A stretch of DNA of 56,596 nt, counting the filler, from Sphacelaria rigidula (Eukaryota), in assembly GCA_964200075.2 (NCBI GenBank). It is 6 parts of 6 records of this genome, joined end to end, with 100 filler letters (N's around TTAATTAATTAA, not from the genome) between each part and the next. Parts side by side here need not be neighbours in the genome. Positions count along the whole stretch, not along the records: positions 18,903 to 28,252 come from CAXNAA020008701.1; positions 28,353 to 37,701 come from CAXNAA020008702.1; 4 more parts are not named here. The stretch is one strand, 5' to 3'. Positions 25,376-36,641 of the stretch are shown in pieces. Below the pieces are notes generated by a model, which was given only the letters and a program-made list of their open reading frames with translations, did not search any database and had not been told where the DNA came from. Numbering within the stretch: the stretch's first letter is position 1; each line of letters opens with the position of its first letter. Position numbers and translations under genes: made by a program.

Positions 25376-25737
25376 CTTNNNNNNNNNNTGTCTTCACATT
25401 AAAAACCTATCCGATATCTGCGCGGTACATTCGTACTGGGCATCTGATGATGCGGACGCCTTCCGTGGTCACAGGGGCGAATTATTTTCGAAAATGAGAT
25501 TCAACACTCAAATAAATGGGTTCCAACTCCAAAACAGTGCCTTCTCTGACTAAGTCATCTCAAAATGATGTTCACATGGACGACCGCATGCCCCCCGACA
25601 TCCCTGAAACTAGTTTTGGGGGCTTTCCGTCTTCCGTTCCCCCAAAGGGTATGTGCGAAAGCACCATTTTCGGGCTAAAAGGCGTGCTTTTTTTCACCCC
25701 GAAATCGAGGCAGTAAGGTGATTTCGCACATACCCAC

Positions 25738-26293
25738 GATTAGGACGAGTCATCACGACTACGAATCGCCAAATCCACGATTCCTTCGGCCTGATTGCCC
25801 AAAAGGGAGAAAAAGGTTGACCGCTAGTCCAAGGGGTATCTGCGCAACTTTTGCGCCATTCCACGTGTAACAATGTCTTCGTGAGATTGAGAGTAGAGGA
25901 TACGATTGAGAGTGAAAAGCAGTCAATCAGTGACTGAATCGTTTCAGTTCCGAAATGCACCTCCGTGAAGCCCGATATGCTTTATTTAGTAGCTCGCCAC
26001 TGAGGCCCTTGATATCCCCGAGTAGGATATCGACGTGTAGCTGTAAGCACACGCTAGTGATGGAGACAGAGAAAAGCACACACGGAATGAAACATTGGCT
26101 AAGGTAAAGCGCATGATCAAAGCCACTCTCAGTCAGCATTCTACTCTCAATCCCACAAAAACGTTGTTGTGTCTGGGCTGCGTGTACCTGGGTTGTAGCG
26201 CTGAAAACAAAGCCTGGGGATTGATTCGTACGATTCGAATCAATTAAACTGAAACCAAGTAATTTCCAGACAAATCATTATTTGTCCGACCCT
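25738..26293. mobile_element. MITE family B split by a nested MITE
   Basis: Host sequence ccacgtgt|ctgggctgcg is restored by removing 25869-26172. Confidence 0.75.
25869..26168. mobile_element. 300-bp MITE, AACAAT...GTTGTT termini, 4-bp TSD (GTGT)
   Basis: TSD at 25865-25868 and 26169-26172. A second copy at 46619-46924 is flanked by ATCT/ATCC. Confidence 0.8.
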
Positions 26294-26567
26294 CGCACAT
26301 ACTCTTTTGGGGGAAACGGAAGATGGGAAAAAAACATAGTTAAGGGAGGTCGGGGGATATGGGGCCGTCCGTATGAGAGTCATTTGTCTTAACTGTAGTT
26401 CAAGGCGAACACCGTTTTGGATTTGAACCTCATTTCCATGTTCAGCCTTATTTTCGAAGATGTTATCTTGCTATTATTATAGCAGGATGTTCTCACGGTG
26501 CATCAAAAAATTCCCAAACATCTTCAATTTACCGGTTGTTTAGAGGGCGGGGTACACGTAAGTGCCG

Positions 26568-26594
26568 TTAGGGTTAGGGTAACCCTAACCCTAA
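26568..26594. repeat. Inverted telomere-like repeat TTAGGGTTAGGG-T-AACCCTAACCCTAA
   Basis: Read directly from the sequence. Confidence 0.7.
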
Positions 26595-28252
26595 GAATCA
26601 TGTTCCCCTCCCCTCACGGAATATCCCCTTCCCCTCCAGCCGACTTTCTGGGGGTAAAATGCGGGTTGCTCAGTGGTTGCTTCCAGGCCAAATGCGGATA
26701 TCTCAGTCCAGGCGGCGCCCAGTACCGCTTATTTTCTGGGGGGTTGGGGCAACATACGGAGTTTTCACAGTTGATTGCAAGCCTAGCAACACGGAATTGT
26801 CACAGCCCACGATAAATATATATATATATATATTTCTGTTTGATATAACTGTAATGCGGCGGAAAATGACTGGAATGCGTAACATCCTCCACCCCCACCT
26901 CCCCCAGTTCCGCGAAAACCCGACGTGCTCCGTCCGGACTTGGTAGGGATGCGAGGTCAATGGCCGTATGACTACGACCTGCAAGATCATGAGTACACCC
27001 CCCGCCCCGTGTTCCCGGTGAGAAATTCGGGGTATGTTTCCTAAGAGGTCTAATCACGTGCCCCCCTACTTCAGAACGTGCAAAATAACCCTTCAACCTC
27101 TATTTTCGGGATCTTCACTCCACGGGCACCCAAAAACAAAAATCACTACACGAACTGTGCACTGTGAAATGTATAAACTCAAATAGATTGCTTCGCGGTC
27201 AAGCGGCTATCTACATGCATCCTGAATCAAGGCAAGGCGGGTGCAGGTGATGATGGTGTTAATGCTACAAGTATGTCATAGAGAGAGGATGGTGTTTGAC
27301 CTTTTCAGGGGCCAGGGGCATCCATCTGCCGCCTCACCATAAATTGCACCTGCGAAATGACTCTCAAACTCAGGACGCCTGCACTAATGCAGCTTTCTGT
27401 GCCCACCTGTGGACAGCAAAAGGCATACTCTGACTCTCACATTGCACATGTGGAACTCTTCGTTGAATTCTGAGAAGGTGTACCCTTACAAGACGAGGGC
27501 GGAAAAAATGGACTCCTACTGTACGTGCTGAGTAAGTCTCGCGACGGTGAGCGCACAAAACCCCGTAATCAACCCAGCAAGGAGCAGCGCGATCTGGAGC
27601 ACGTAACACTGACCGTTCGGATTCCTGGCCATCGACTCCGCAGAATCTATGCAGACACAACAACGTATCCTCCCGAATGTTCACATCACCAACAAGATCA
27701 ACAACTCATTACCACGCTCGCGAAAGTCGCTCCCCTGCAGGCACGACCTGAGCAACATTTAAGGAGGGGAGTAACGGGTGGCATATATCTCAATCCAGGC
27801 ACCACAGACCTTTCCCCCGTCTCTTCCTTTTCGTGACCTCATGGGAAAATTTTACAGATCGGTCGACAAGCACCATAACAACAGTGTGAAGGCCACCACA
27901 AGCCGATGCATCAGCTGCACAAGTTGTCCAACGTACACTGGCAACTGTTAGGTGAACCGATCGTACACACCACCACTAGTATTCTTTCATCTTCGATATC
28001 AGCTCGACCTTTCTGACTCGCGGTCAGCTCGTACTGCTATCTCAAAAGCAGTGTACGTCCCTCTTCCGAGTCCCGGAACGTAATATCGACACGTGAACCA
28101 AATTCGCTTTCAAAAGTCTGACTACGTTTAGCAGCGTAATTACTTGTACTAGAAGTACGCGAGTACCCTACCCCCTACCCCCTCACTATCTAAAAAACAA
28201 AAAAAAAAAAAAAAAAAAAAAAAACAAAAAAAAAAAAAAAAACAAAAAAAAA

Positions 28253-28352
28253 NNNNNNNNNNNNNNNNNNNNNNNNNNNNNNNNNNNNNNNNNNNNTTAA
28301 TTAATTAANNNNNNNNNNNNNNNNNNNNNNNNNNNNNNNNNNNNNNNNNNNN
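28253..28352. other. Artificial scaffold linker
   Basis: N run with central TTAATTAATTAA, 100 nt in total. Confidence 0.98.
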
Positions 28353-28789
28353 GAGGTAGAAATGTATATAAAGCTTTGTTGATGAAGAGGGAAGGAAGGG
28401 GAGTGACCTCTGTAGGCACCAAAGTCTCAGGATGTGACGAGCACCACTCACGTATGTCCAGTCACTAACATCACAATATCAAGTCATCCTGCATAGTACC
28501 CGGAACTCAAACAGGTATGTTGTACCTTACCCTGACTTGGTGTATCTTACTGAACACTGCAGGCCATCCTACGAACAGAGTGAACAAGAATCTTTTTGTA
28601 TCAAGTGGGTATAGCTCACTGCGTGAAGCTATTGTAGTGTGAGCTGATTTCGGATATCACTTGACCCTTGTCAGTGCCAGGAGATCAGCAGGCATCTGAC
28701 GTGACCGGCTTGCACAAGAGAGTGCATCCCGCCTAAAACTATAACACGGCGTGATTGAGGTCCCACACTATATGTCGTACATCCACGAG

Positions 28790-29015
28790 CATTCATGGAA
28801 GCTCGTGGAAGTCGACGATAGCGTCGATGGAAGGTGGTCGAGTTTACCTCCATGGAAGTTTATAAGTTCTATGACGGGCGACTTCCATGGAAGCTATCTC
28901 GAAGCAGCTTCCATCGAAGTTTCGGGCTTCTATGAAAGGTCCGTGCGAATATCTTCAAGAACGAACTTCCATGGAATCATATGTGCTTCCACGGAAGTAC
29001 GTGGAAGAAGTTGAG
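28790..29015. repeat. Cluster of CTTCCATGGAAG-type palindromic short repeats
   Basis: Multiple (c)ttccatggaag variants in close succession. Confidence 0.7.
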
Positions 29016-29029
29016 TAGAAGTTTTCCAA

Positions 29030-30470
29030 GTGCAGATTGAGTAGAGTATGTACTTTTCAGAACTCGAGTAAAATACCCGAGTATTTACTCTACTTGAATC
29101 TGAAGTAGGTCGACTACCTGTACGACCTCAAATACTCTGCCCAATTTTTTGGTGGATTGAGTACGGCGTCAAAAACTCTACTCCAATTTTGAATGATATC
29201 GAGTACGACCTCCAATGCTCTGCTCAAATACTGGGCAAGCACTCTCAGGAATACTTGAGTATAGAGTATCACTCGGGTGTAACCTCAATACTCTACTCAA
29301 ATTTTGAGGAGGTCGAGTGCGGCCTCAAATGCTCTACTCAAATTTTGGGTAGATTGAGCACGACCTCAAATACTCTACTGAAAGTTTGAGTACATCGAGT
29401 ACGACCTCCAAGAACTATAATATTGAGTATGCACTGTCAGTAATACTTGAGTATAGAGTATCACCTGGGTATGACCGGCGGCATATTCGTGACGTCGCTT
29501 CATAGACTGTGTTGAATACATTGGCAAACGATGGCTATCAATGACAGGAGTGGCGTTACGTCATGGGCTACGATGAGTATGAGCGAATGATGGTCATTGA
29601 AAAACAAAAAAAGCGTGCAGATGAATGAACCTACCTGCCCCAGCTCACCTGCCCCCACCATGGCAGTACATATTTGATACCTAGGAAGTGGGACGGTGGT
29701 GGTACGGCATGAAGGTGAGGGGGGAGACACCAGCCGAGCTGTGTAGAGATACGGATATCGTGGAAAGTTTTTGTGAAAACAAATTCGTCTCTCTTTCAGC
29801 GTCTGGGTCAAACCAGGAGTGCAGATACACTTGTTGTACCGGTGATTTGGATTCCGTCTTATTTTTTTGTGCTCGATAGATTGTGAATTCTGAATTTTGT
29901 TCTGTGGCGCTGTCATCATGTGCCTCATGACCCTTTCGCTATCAGCTGTTTCCCCTTCTCCCTACTTGCAGGCGGGTGAAACGCGTCACACACACAGTGA
30001 CATTTCCGAATGTCCGGGTACGAATCATACACGAGAGCATCGACTACCAATATTTCGATATGATTTTTACGCTTTCCAGTACCCCCGCCAGTCTACACGG
30101 TACAATCCGAACGCCCTTCGACAACAGCCCAATATTCATTCCACCCTAGTTTGTACCATGTGGCTTTGACCCAAATGATTTCTCGGATAAACTGTGTCCC
30201 AATGTTTGCTGAAGTTTAACCGGGAATCAGCTCTAATGGGTGGGAAACTCAGTGAATACGGCGGTATTCACTCTACCCGGGTTTGAGTATCTTACATACG
30301 AACTTGAATACTAAAGTGAAAGTTATACCCAAGGTTTTTGGTACATCCGGTCCGGCCTCAGATACCCTACCCAACTTTCGGGTAGATTGTGGACGACCTC
30401 AAATACTCTACTCAAATTTTGGGTAGATTGAGTACGACCTCAAAGACTCTACTCAAATTGTGAGTTCTAA
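29030..30470. repeat. ~41-42-bp tandem array (TTTGGGTAGATTGAGTACGACCTCAAATACTCTACTCAAAT) interrupted by an insertion at ~29475-30265
   Basis: Units at 29030-29470 and ~30270-30470. The insert has TIR-like ends ccggcggcatattc / gaatacggcgg. Confidence 0.7.
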
Positions 30471-30522
30471 AAGTATGACTGTGACAGCAGCGAATCCCCT
30501 GTCTCATCATCCTCTGACGCAG

Positions 30523-31236
30523 GCAGCGATAGCACGGACGACGATGAACCGGGCGGCGATAGACGGGGCCGGCGTACAACAAGTGGTACGGCTGGGCGAC
30601 GTCCAACACGAGACGATAACTTCGTTGTCGAGGAATATTGTTATGCCTTCTTCATCGCCACGGGGGCACCTTTCCTCATCGGAAAGGTTTTGACGAGGCG
30701 TGTTCGCGACGACGGAGAGGGTGTGGTGGACCTTCATTGGCTACAGCCGTGCCGCGATGCAATTCTTAGCCGTGCCGCGTCCGTGAGCCTTAACGAGTAC
30801 GGGAAGGTCGCGTTCGCGGGGAACTACATGTTCTGTGAGACTACTGGTGATTGCGGGGGGCGCTCTAAGCGGAAGCGGGAAAAGGAATCCAGCTGGGAGC
30901 CCATATCTAGAATTGTTGCGACGTGCACCGCACTCAACGGCAAAAAGAAGATCCCATCTAAGGCGTTGGCGACTGCAATGCGTGAGAGGACCGCGTGCTT
31001 AGAGGACCGCGCCGTAGTTCAACACACCTCAGGATCGATGTTTTTGAAAACCAATCGGGCCAGTCCCTCTAGGTACCACCCCCCTGACCATAACCTCAAC
31101 ACTAACCCTAACCCTAACCATGGGGATGTTCAAATTCCGATGCGGTCTTCTAAGCACGCGGTCCTCTCACGCATTACAGGCGACGTTAAGGGCCGCGAGT
31201 GAAGCCAGGGGGGGTAGAAGTCGAGGCGGAGAGTGA
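30523..31236 (+). pseudogene. Terminal coding exon (possibly a transposase C-terminal domain) disrupted by a MITE
   Basis: Acceptor ctctgacgcag. Reads ..EYCYAFFIATGAPFLIGKVLTRRVRDDGEGVVDLHWLQP..SWEPISRIVATCTALNGKKKIPSKALA|TLRAASEARGGRSRGGE*. The frame is restored when the MITE and one TSD copy are removed. Confidence 0.65.
30973..31179. mobile_element. 207-bp MITE with 38-bp TIRs, 4-bp TSD (GCGA) and internal CCCTAA repeats
   Basis: CTGCAATGCGTGAGAGGACCGCGTGCTTAGAGGACCGC versus GCGGTCTTCTAAGCACGCGGTCCTCTCACGCATTACAG (2 mismatches). Confidence 0.9.
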
Positions 31237-31278
31237 AGTGGGGTAAGAAACGGGACCTCATGGCGTTGGTCGGACGGC

Positions 31279-31475
31279 GAGCAATGCTACGGTAGGGGTG
31301 CACTTTTTTCGCGAAATTATGTCTAGTTCAGGGGCTCCTAACGATTCTAGATTCCCTAAAAAATNNNNNNNNNNACTTTCACATATTTCCATAGATCGTG
31401 TTTTGCATGAGAAAAAGGGCTCCTAACAATTCTAACCTCAGAAAATATTTCTGCACCCCTACCGTAGCATCACTC
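31279..31475. mobile_element. Sola2-like MITE (GAG...CTC termini, TSD CGGC)
   Basis: TIRs gagcaatgctacggtaggggtgca / tgcacccctaccgtagcatcactc. Contains a 10-N gap. Confidence 0.8.
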
Positions 31476-32048
31476 CGGCATCGATTGAGTGTTGAGGGTC
31501 ATGTGTTGGCGGGTTGTCAAGCAATAATAACACCTGCAGAGGACGTGGTAGATGCCCGCGGTTCTGAAAGACAATAATACATGTTATTGAAGGTTGGTGA
31601 ATGCGGGCTTCAAAATAGTCACCCTACGTTCAATAGAGATCGTACGTTATTCTCGTGGTTCCGTCGTGCCACCAACCACTTGTTACACTGCTCAAAGTAG
31701 AAGGGGTGCTTCCCAGCAATTGCCCGCCTGGGACACCTACCTACTTACGTGGTGGTCGCAGCGTACTGGTCGCGGTGGTTATGGCGGGGTCGGTGCGGGG
31801 GTAAAAAATAGTAATGGGGACATCAAACAACTGTGTGTGTATGTGTGCGTGCTATGGTCATCACATGAGAAAACGTGGGCATGCTCGCGCGCAAGGAAGA
31901 ATAGCGCGGTAACAGTGAGTACAGCAAGTAGTAACTTAAGTGACTGAACGGAGTACGGAGGGATAGATGGTTGATGGTTGATGGTTGATGGTTACGGACT
32001 TCGGAACAACAGTGAAACGCTGAATATCAATAATACTACGAATTACTA

Positions 32049-32748
32049 CGAGGGTGGGCAAAAAATGGGAAAATGTGGACCCACACTACCCCCCACACAC
32101 ACCCGCACACCCCCTCGGCCGGCACAAAAATTATTTCTTGTCTCGTTTTTTTGTATAGGAATTAGGTATGTATCTCTGTTTCTATGGGCTTTAGTGCTAT
32201 TTTGCATTTTGTTTTTTTTTACTTGTCTCCCTTTGAACCCCTCCCCTTCCTCGACACGAGTCCGTGGTCTCAAGGGATTAACCCATCATTCCCCGGTACA
32301 CACCTTGCATTTTGGTCTCGCGGACTGGATCAGCACTCCCTCACCGCGTCAACCCCCGTCGAACAAACTCGGTCGACAACTTTGTTTCCTCACGTTCTCA
32401 CGCTTTCCGCGGTGAAAATCACATACTACGAAGAAAAAAATGAACACATCGGGAATCGAACCCTTGTTCTCTGCACCCTGATGGCGACAGTCGGACCATC
32501 GGACCACCGGGGCGCGGCTTAGTATACAGTGAGAAATACCACCACCCCTCCCCAGTTCCAGTACTTTTGGCCCTATTCTAAGGTCAGGTGACTTGTTTTG
32601 TTCAGGAAACAGTGTTGTGTCCTTGTTTAGGATTCAGTGTGCTGTGAACAATACCAGACCCTCCCCTTTCCCCGCCCCCCACCCCTCGGCCGGCCCAAAC
32701 TGAGGAAAATGGCGTGGGGGTCCAGGGTGTTTTTTTTGCCTACCCTTG
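32049..32748. mobile_element. Mariner-like MITE carrying a SINE-A insertion
   Basis: TA|CGAGGGTGGGCAAAAAA ... TTTTTTGCCTACCCTTG. Confidence 0.5.
32210..32518 (-). mobile_element. tRNA-derived SINE, family A (full length)
   Basis: Minus strand reads gccgcgccccggTGGTCCGATGG...GGTTCGATTCCC, then the shared body and an A-rich tail. Confidence 0.8.
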
Positions 32749-33363
32749 GTTACTACAACGAATCTCAGCTTCGTGCTATTGAAACGCGATGCCACCAGTA
32801 AGAAGTAGTTGACACTGTTGGTAGTAGGGACGTCGTGTTCAAAAACTCCTGCCTGCGACATCTGCTTGTCGCAGTGAATGCAGCAGGGGGATATCCGCGG
32901 GACAATGCCATGTTGATATGCGGTACAACAAGTCCATACAGCAGTACTGCAGTATAGTAATAGTAGTGCGGAACAATAAACACTCGGCAGTAGTCAGATA
33001 CGTACCTCCGCTGAACGCCCTCCGAAACCTCGGGCGACTATCAGACAAGTGACAGAACAATATTTCCGTGAATATTTTTGGCATTTTTCGGTCCAACTTT
33101 TGACCTTGCCCATCCCCCAAAACAAATCCATCCCCAATTTGTGAAATCCCGTGTTAAGAGGGCTTTGCACCTTGTCGATCGTATCTCATGGAAGGCGTCA
33201 CCGATTTCAAACCTGATTGCGCCAGAATTCTTGTCAAATCACGGGCTTTCAGGGGAGTGACGGCCGTTTCGGACGACTTGGTTCGGTCTTGTTGTAAATC
33301 ACGAAAAATTCCCGTTCTGAAAAAGAATCCACTCCTTTTCTCACGAAGATGTTGGTAGGGGTG

Positions 33364-33620
33364 GAGTAACGCTACGGTAGGGGTGCACAAATATTTTCTG
33401 AGGTAAGAATTGTTAGGAGCCCTGTATCTCATCCAAAACACCACTTACGAAATATTTGAGAGTACTCCAGGATTACTATTTCAATGTGCCAGAGAGATTC
33501 CGAATGAATTTTCAAACGGGGATGCCCTGACCCATATTCTTGTGCAAGCTGGAATCCTTCGGAGCCCCTGAACCAGACAAGATTTCGCGCAAAAAGTACG
33601 CCCCTACCGTAGCATTGTTC
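33364..33620. mobile_element. Sola2-like MITE (257 bp), flanks GGTG/GGTA
   Basis: Same TIRs and interior as 31279-31475, in opposite orientation. Confidence 0.8.
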
Positions 33621-34309
33621 GGTACACGTTTTTGGCTACAACTTGTCTAAGGTATTTTCACATTGTGAAATAAAACAATGACATTTTCTTTACATTTTGT
33701 TATGCTTGCCTGCGAGGAGATCGCCTCGCATTCAGGCGAACGTTTGTCCTCACAGCTGCACTTGTGCGAGTGCGCGGGAAGAGAGTCCTGTAGCCTCCGC
33801 CAGACGATCTGGACAAGAGGACTTTCAACGAGGGACTCCTCCAGTGTCACTGACCTCGTGCTCCACAAGTCCTTTCTTCTTACTTGTTATTATCACCGAG
33901 TGATCCAGAAACAGACCACAACATCATGAGCCAGATAGCAAGGGGCCACACAGATAAGGGCCGTCAATCCAAGATCCCCTGTCCCCTGCCACTGCTCCAA
34001 TCATGCATGCGATTATACTGACCTCCGGCTTGGTATCATTTGGCTACAGCACCCTCAAAGCGAGTTCAAGGCAAACGAAAAAGCCATCGTCAGCCAAAGC
34101 AGCTGGCCGAAACTTGTAGGAAAATAATGAACACCGTCGCCGACTGTTTTGCGCTACGCGGTCCGAATGACACCTAACGAGGGCAACGAATCATCGGCAT
34201 CACACCGGCTGTATACGGCAACAGAACGAACAGGCACGGTAGGAACCTTTACCAAGCGAGATTCACCTGGCGTGAACAAATCGTCAGCGGTGACGATCGT
34301 GACGATCTC

Positions 34310-35376
34310 CTAAGCCTCCAGCGCCAGAGGCATCTGCCAATACCCCTGTAGCAGGTCCAACTTGCAGAGGCATTGGGCTCCCAGCAACTCCCGCATGTCT
34401 TCTTGGCTTGGCATCACCCCCGGAGACTGTTCAACTTGCGCGTTCACCGCGCCTGATAGTCGCTGATCAAACGGAATGTGTCCCTCTTTCGCACCGTCAT
34501 CGCCGGACTCGCCCACACAGCCTGGATGTTCCTAACCAACAGACCAAATGTCACCAAAGCTGCGATGCATGAAGTGAGCCACACGGTCTTCACCGGATCG
34601 TAGGGGCGAGGCTTCGCCCTCACAGACTCCCTCATTGGCTCCATGCGCGCTGGTGGATCACCACGCAGCGCACGCCAAAATGTATCTACGCGACGAGCCA
34701 AAATATCACGCAAACGATATGCGCCATCGGCGCTCAGGCCCTTCTGCTCGGTCTGCTGCAAGCTATCCTCCTGCGCACGTTCTCTTACACCTCTCTCCTC
34801 CACAGGGTCCATGAAGATGTCGGGTCCCCGATCGACAAAGCGCTCCACCGCTTCATCCGCAGGAGCCTCCTCCTCATTGGCGCTCTGGAATGACCGTATG
34901 GATACGATCACACGCCTTGCAGCAAGATAACTGGGATTTTCCACGCCGGTTTGCACCGGCACAGCACGCGGGCGTAACTTATCCAACGCCAGCGGGTAAA
35001 AATCAATCCCGAGCACCTTCATCGTCGCCATCCTAAATAGAACCACGTTGTTCCTACCGGGTATGACAGCGAAAATAATGGGCTGCAGCTCCACAGCCCA
35101 CCACGGCGTACGCACGCTAACAGTAATCGGCACCGTTTTATGTGTAACCGTCACAGAAGCACCCGTGGCGGTCGGTGTCGTTTGCGGTCCGTTTTCGAAC
35201 GGAATCTGAAGCTGAGCGCCGCCAAACTGCGACGACATTTTTTCGAGTAACCCCACACCGATCGACGTGAGCGCGGAACCAGAATCCAGAATAACGCGGG
35301 CCATGAACGAACCTACGGAACCAGGCAAGGACAGATCTGCGCGTAAGCATTCAGCCTTGCTATCGACAGGTAACAC
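34310..35376 (-). pseudogene. pol: Retrotransposon Pol fragment (aspartic protease and RT N-terminus), frameshifted
   Basis: LDSGS, ASPAM, RLISDY and DLLQGYWQ motifs are split over two ORFs. Confidence 0.85.
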
Positions 35377-35786
35377 GCCTGGCGAAGAACCCTATGGTCG
35401 GTACCAAGAGTCACCTGGCGCCAGAGCTACCCTCCAGCACTTGACATCGATAACTGAGAATCGTCGGTCCAACCAGACCAAGCCGCCGAATATGTAGGCG
35501 GCGCTGTTACAGCCGTCGCAGCAATAGGAGATGCACCAGACACGGATCCTGCCTGACCGAGGGGTTGCGAACTATTCGCTCCAGCACTCCCCACCGAAGT
35601 AATTTTATTTCCCACGCATACTGTCCGCCCCGCTACGGATGAACCATAAGATCCAGAGTCACCGCTTGATGACGTAGTGGAAGAAACAGCAGCGGAGGAA
35701 CCACCATCCGCCACCGATTGTTTGCTACCGCGGCCGCCGCGCCCGCGTCTCTGGTTGGCACTGCCCCGTTCACCGTGACGACCGCC

Positions 35787-36641
35787 TCAAGATCCTGATG
35801 AATCTCGCGTATTTCCTTGAGCAGCGCCTTGAGCGCAAGGCCTGGGGCAATCCTTGATCAGATGTCTGGTGTCGCCGCAGATGTAAAACGCGCGAGTGGA
35901 CGACGCTCGCGAAGACGGCTGCTGTTTCTGTTGCTGTTGCTGTTTGCGGTGCGCACTACCTACACTTGTCGCAGAATCGCGCCAGCTATGTGCCTCAATA
36001 AATTTCCACCGGTCGGCGGCATCAAATATGTTTTTGAACACCACCTTCGGGTTCCTTTTCCAGTGGTCGACATACGTTGGTACACTTCTAGCATACGCCT
36101 TGAATTCTGGAGGCGAAATCCCGTCCACCAAAGCTGTGGAAACCGACTCGGCCGGGCCTGGCAACCAGTTCCTGCCCTCCGTACGGTACATGACTTGCAC
36201 CGTGAGGTTTTCTGCAAAAACCTTTTCCATCGATGAACTGACCATCATCGCACGATCCTTCACGGATATTCCGCCGCTTTGTTGCATAGTAAGAACTCTG
36301 CCTAGGTGTGCTGCAGCCCGCGCAGTGTCATGCTTGCCGCCGGTTGTGGTGTATCCGGCATGCTGCTTCACAGCATCATCTAGCAATTCGTCGGGGGTCA
36401 TAGCCCGACAGTCCTTGTACATGCCTTCAAAGCACCGGTGAATATATGTGGGGATAAGTTGTCCGATGCTCACTCTTGCATGCCTTATGACTCCTGTTGC
36501 ATTGGCCAAATTCAGCCTCTCTAAATAGTCGAGATATGCGGCATAAAAAACTATTGACGCTGCTTCAGTCCACAATTCGCCATACTTTGGCCGCTCTAGT
36601 GGCTCACCTAACACCAGCGGCGCTGCCGCCGCTTGAGCCAT
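35787..36641 (-). CDS. gag: Retrotransposon Gag
   Basis: 284-aa ORF with a degenerate CCHC knuckle, upstream of the protease and RT. Confidence 0.8.
   Translation of the reverse strand: MAQAAAAPLVLGEPLERPKYGELWTEAASIVFYAAYLDYLERLNLANATGVIRHARVSIGQLIPTYIHRCFEGMYKDCRAMTPDELLDDAVKQHAGYTTTGGKHDTARAAAHLGRVLTMQQSGGISVKDRAMMVSSSMEKVFAENLTVQVMYRTEGRNWLPGPAESVSTALVDGISPPEFKAYARSVPTYVDHWKRNPKVVFKNIFDAADRWKFIEAHSWRDSATSVGSAHRKQQQQQKQQPSSRASSTRAFYICGDTRHLIKDCPRPCAQGAAQGNTRDSSGS

Larger units (their letters stand above)
33930..36641 (-). mobile_element. Decayed, internally deleted Ty3/Gypsy LTR retrotransposon (gag-PR-RT-partial IN)
   Basis: gag ORF with a knuckle-like FYICGDTRHLIKDCP, protease ILDSGS, and RT motifs RAKPRPY..WASPAM..FRLISDY and KLDLLQGYWQMPL..LFTP. 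The sequence then jumps to pre-integrase-like peptide. Confidence 0.9.

Noticed and set aside
25219..25497. Poly-Leu ORF
   Set aside because: It is the translation of a (GTT)n microsatellite spanning an N gap.
26568..26594. Chromosome end-to-end fusion scar
   Set aside because: There are only two units per side, and similar tracts occur inside MITEs in this window.
29030..30470. Regularly spaced repeats superficially like a CRISPR array
   Set aside because: The units are contiguous diverged tandem repeats with no unique spacers, there are no cas genes, and the context is eukaryotic.
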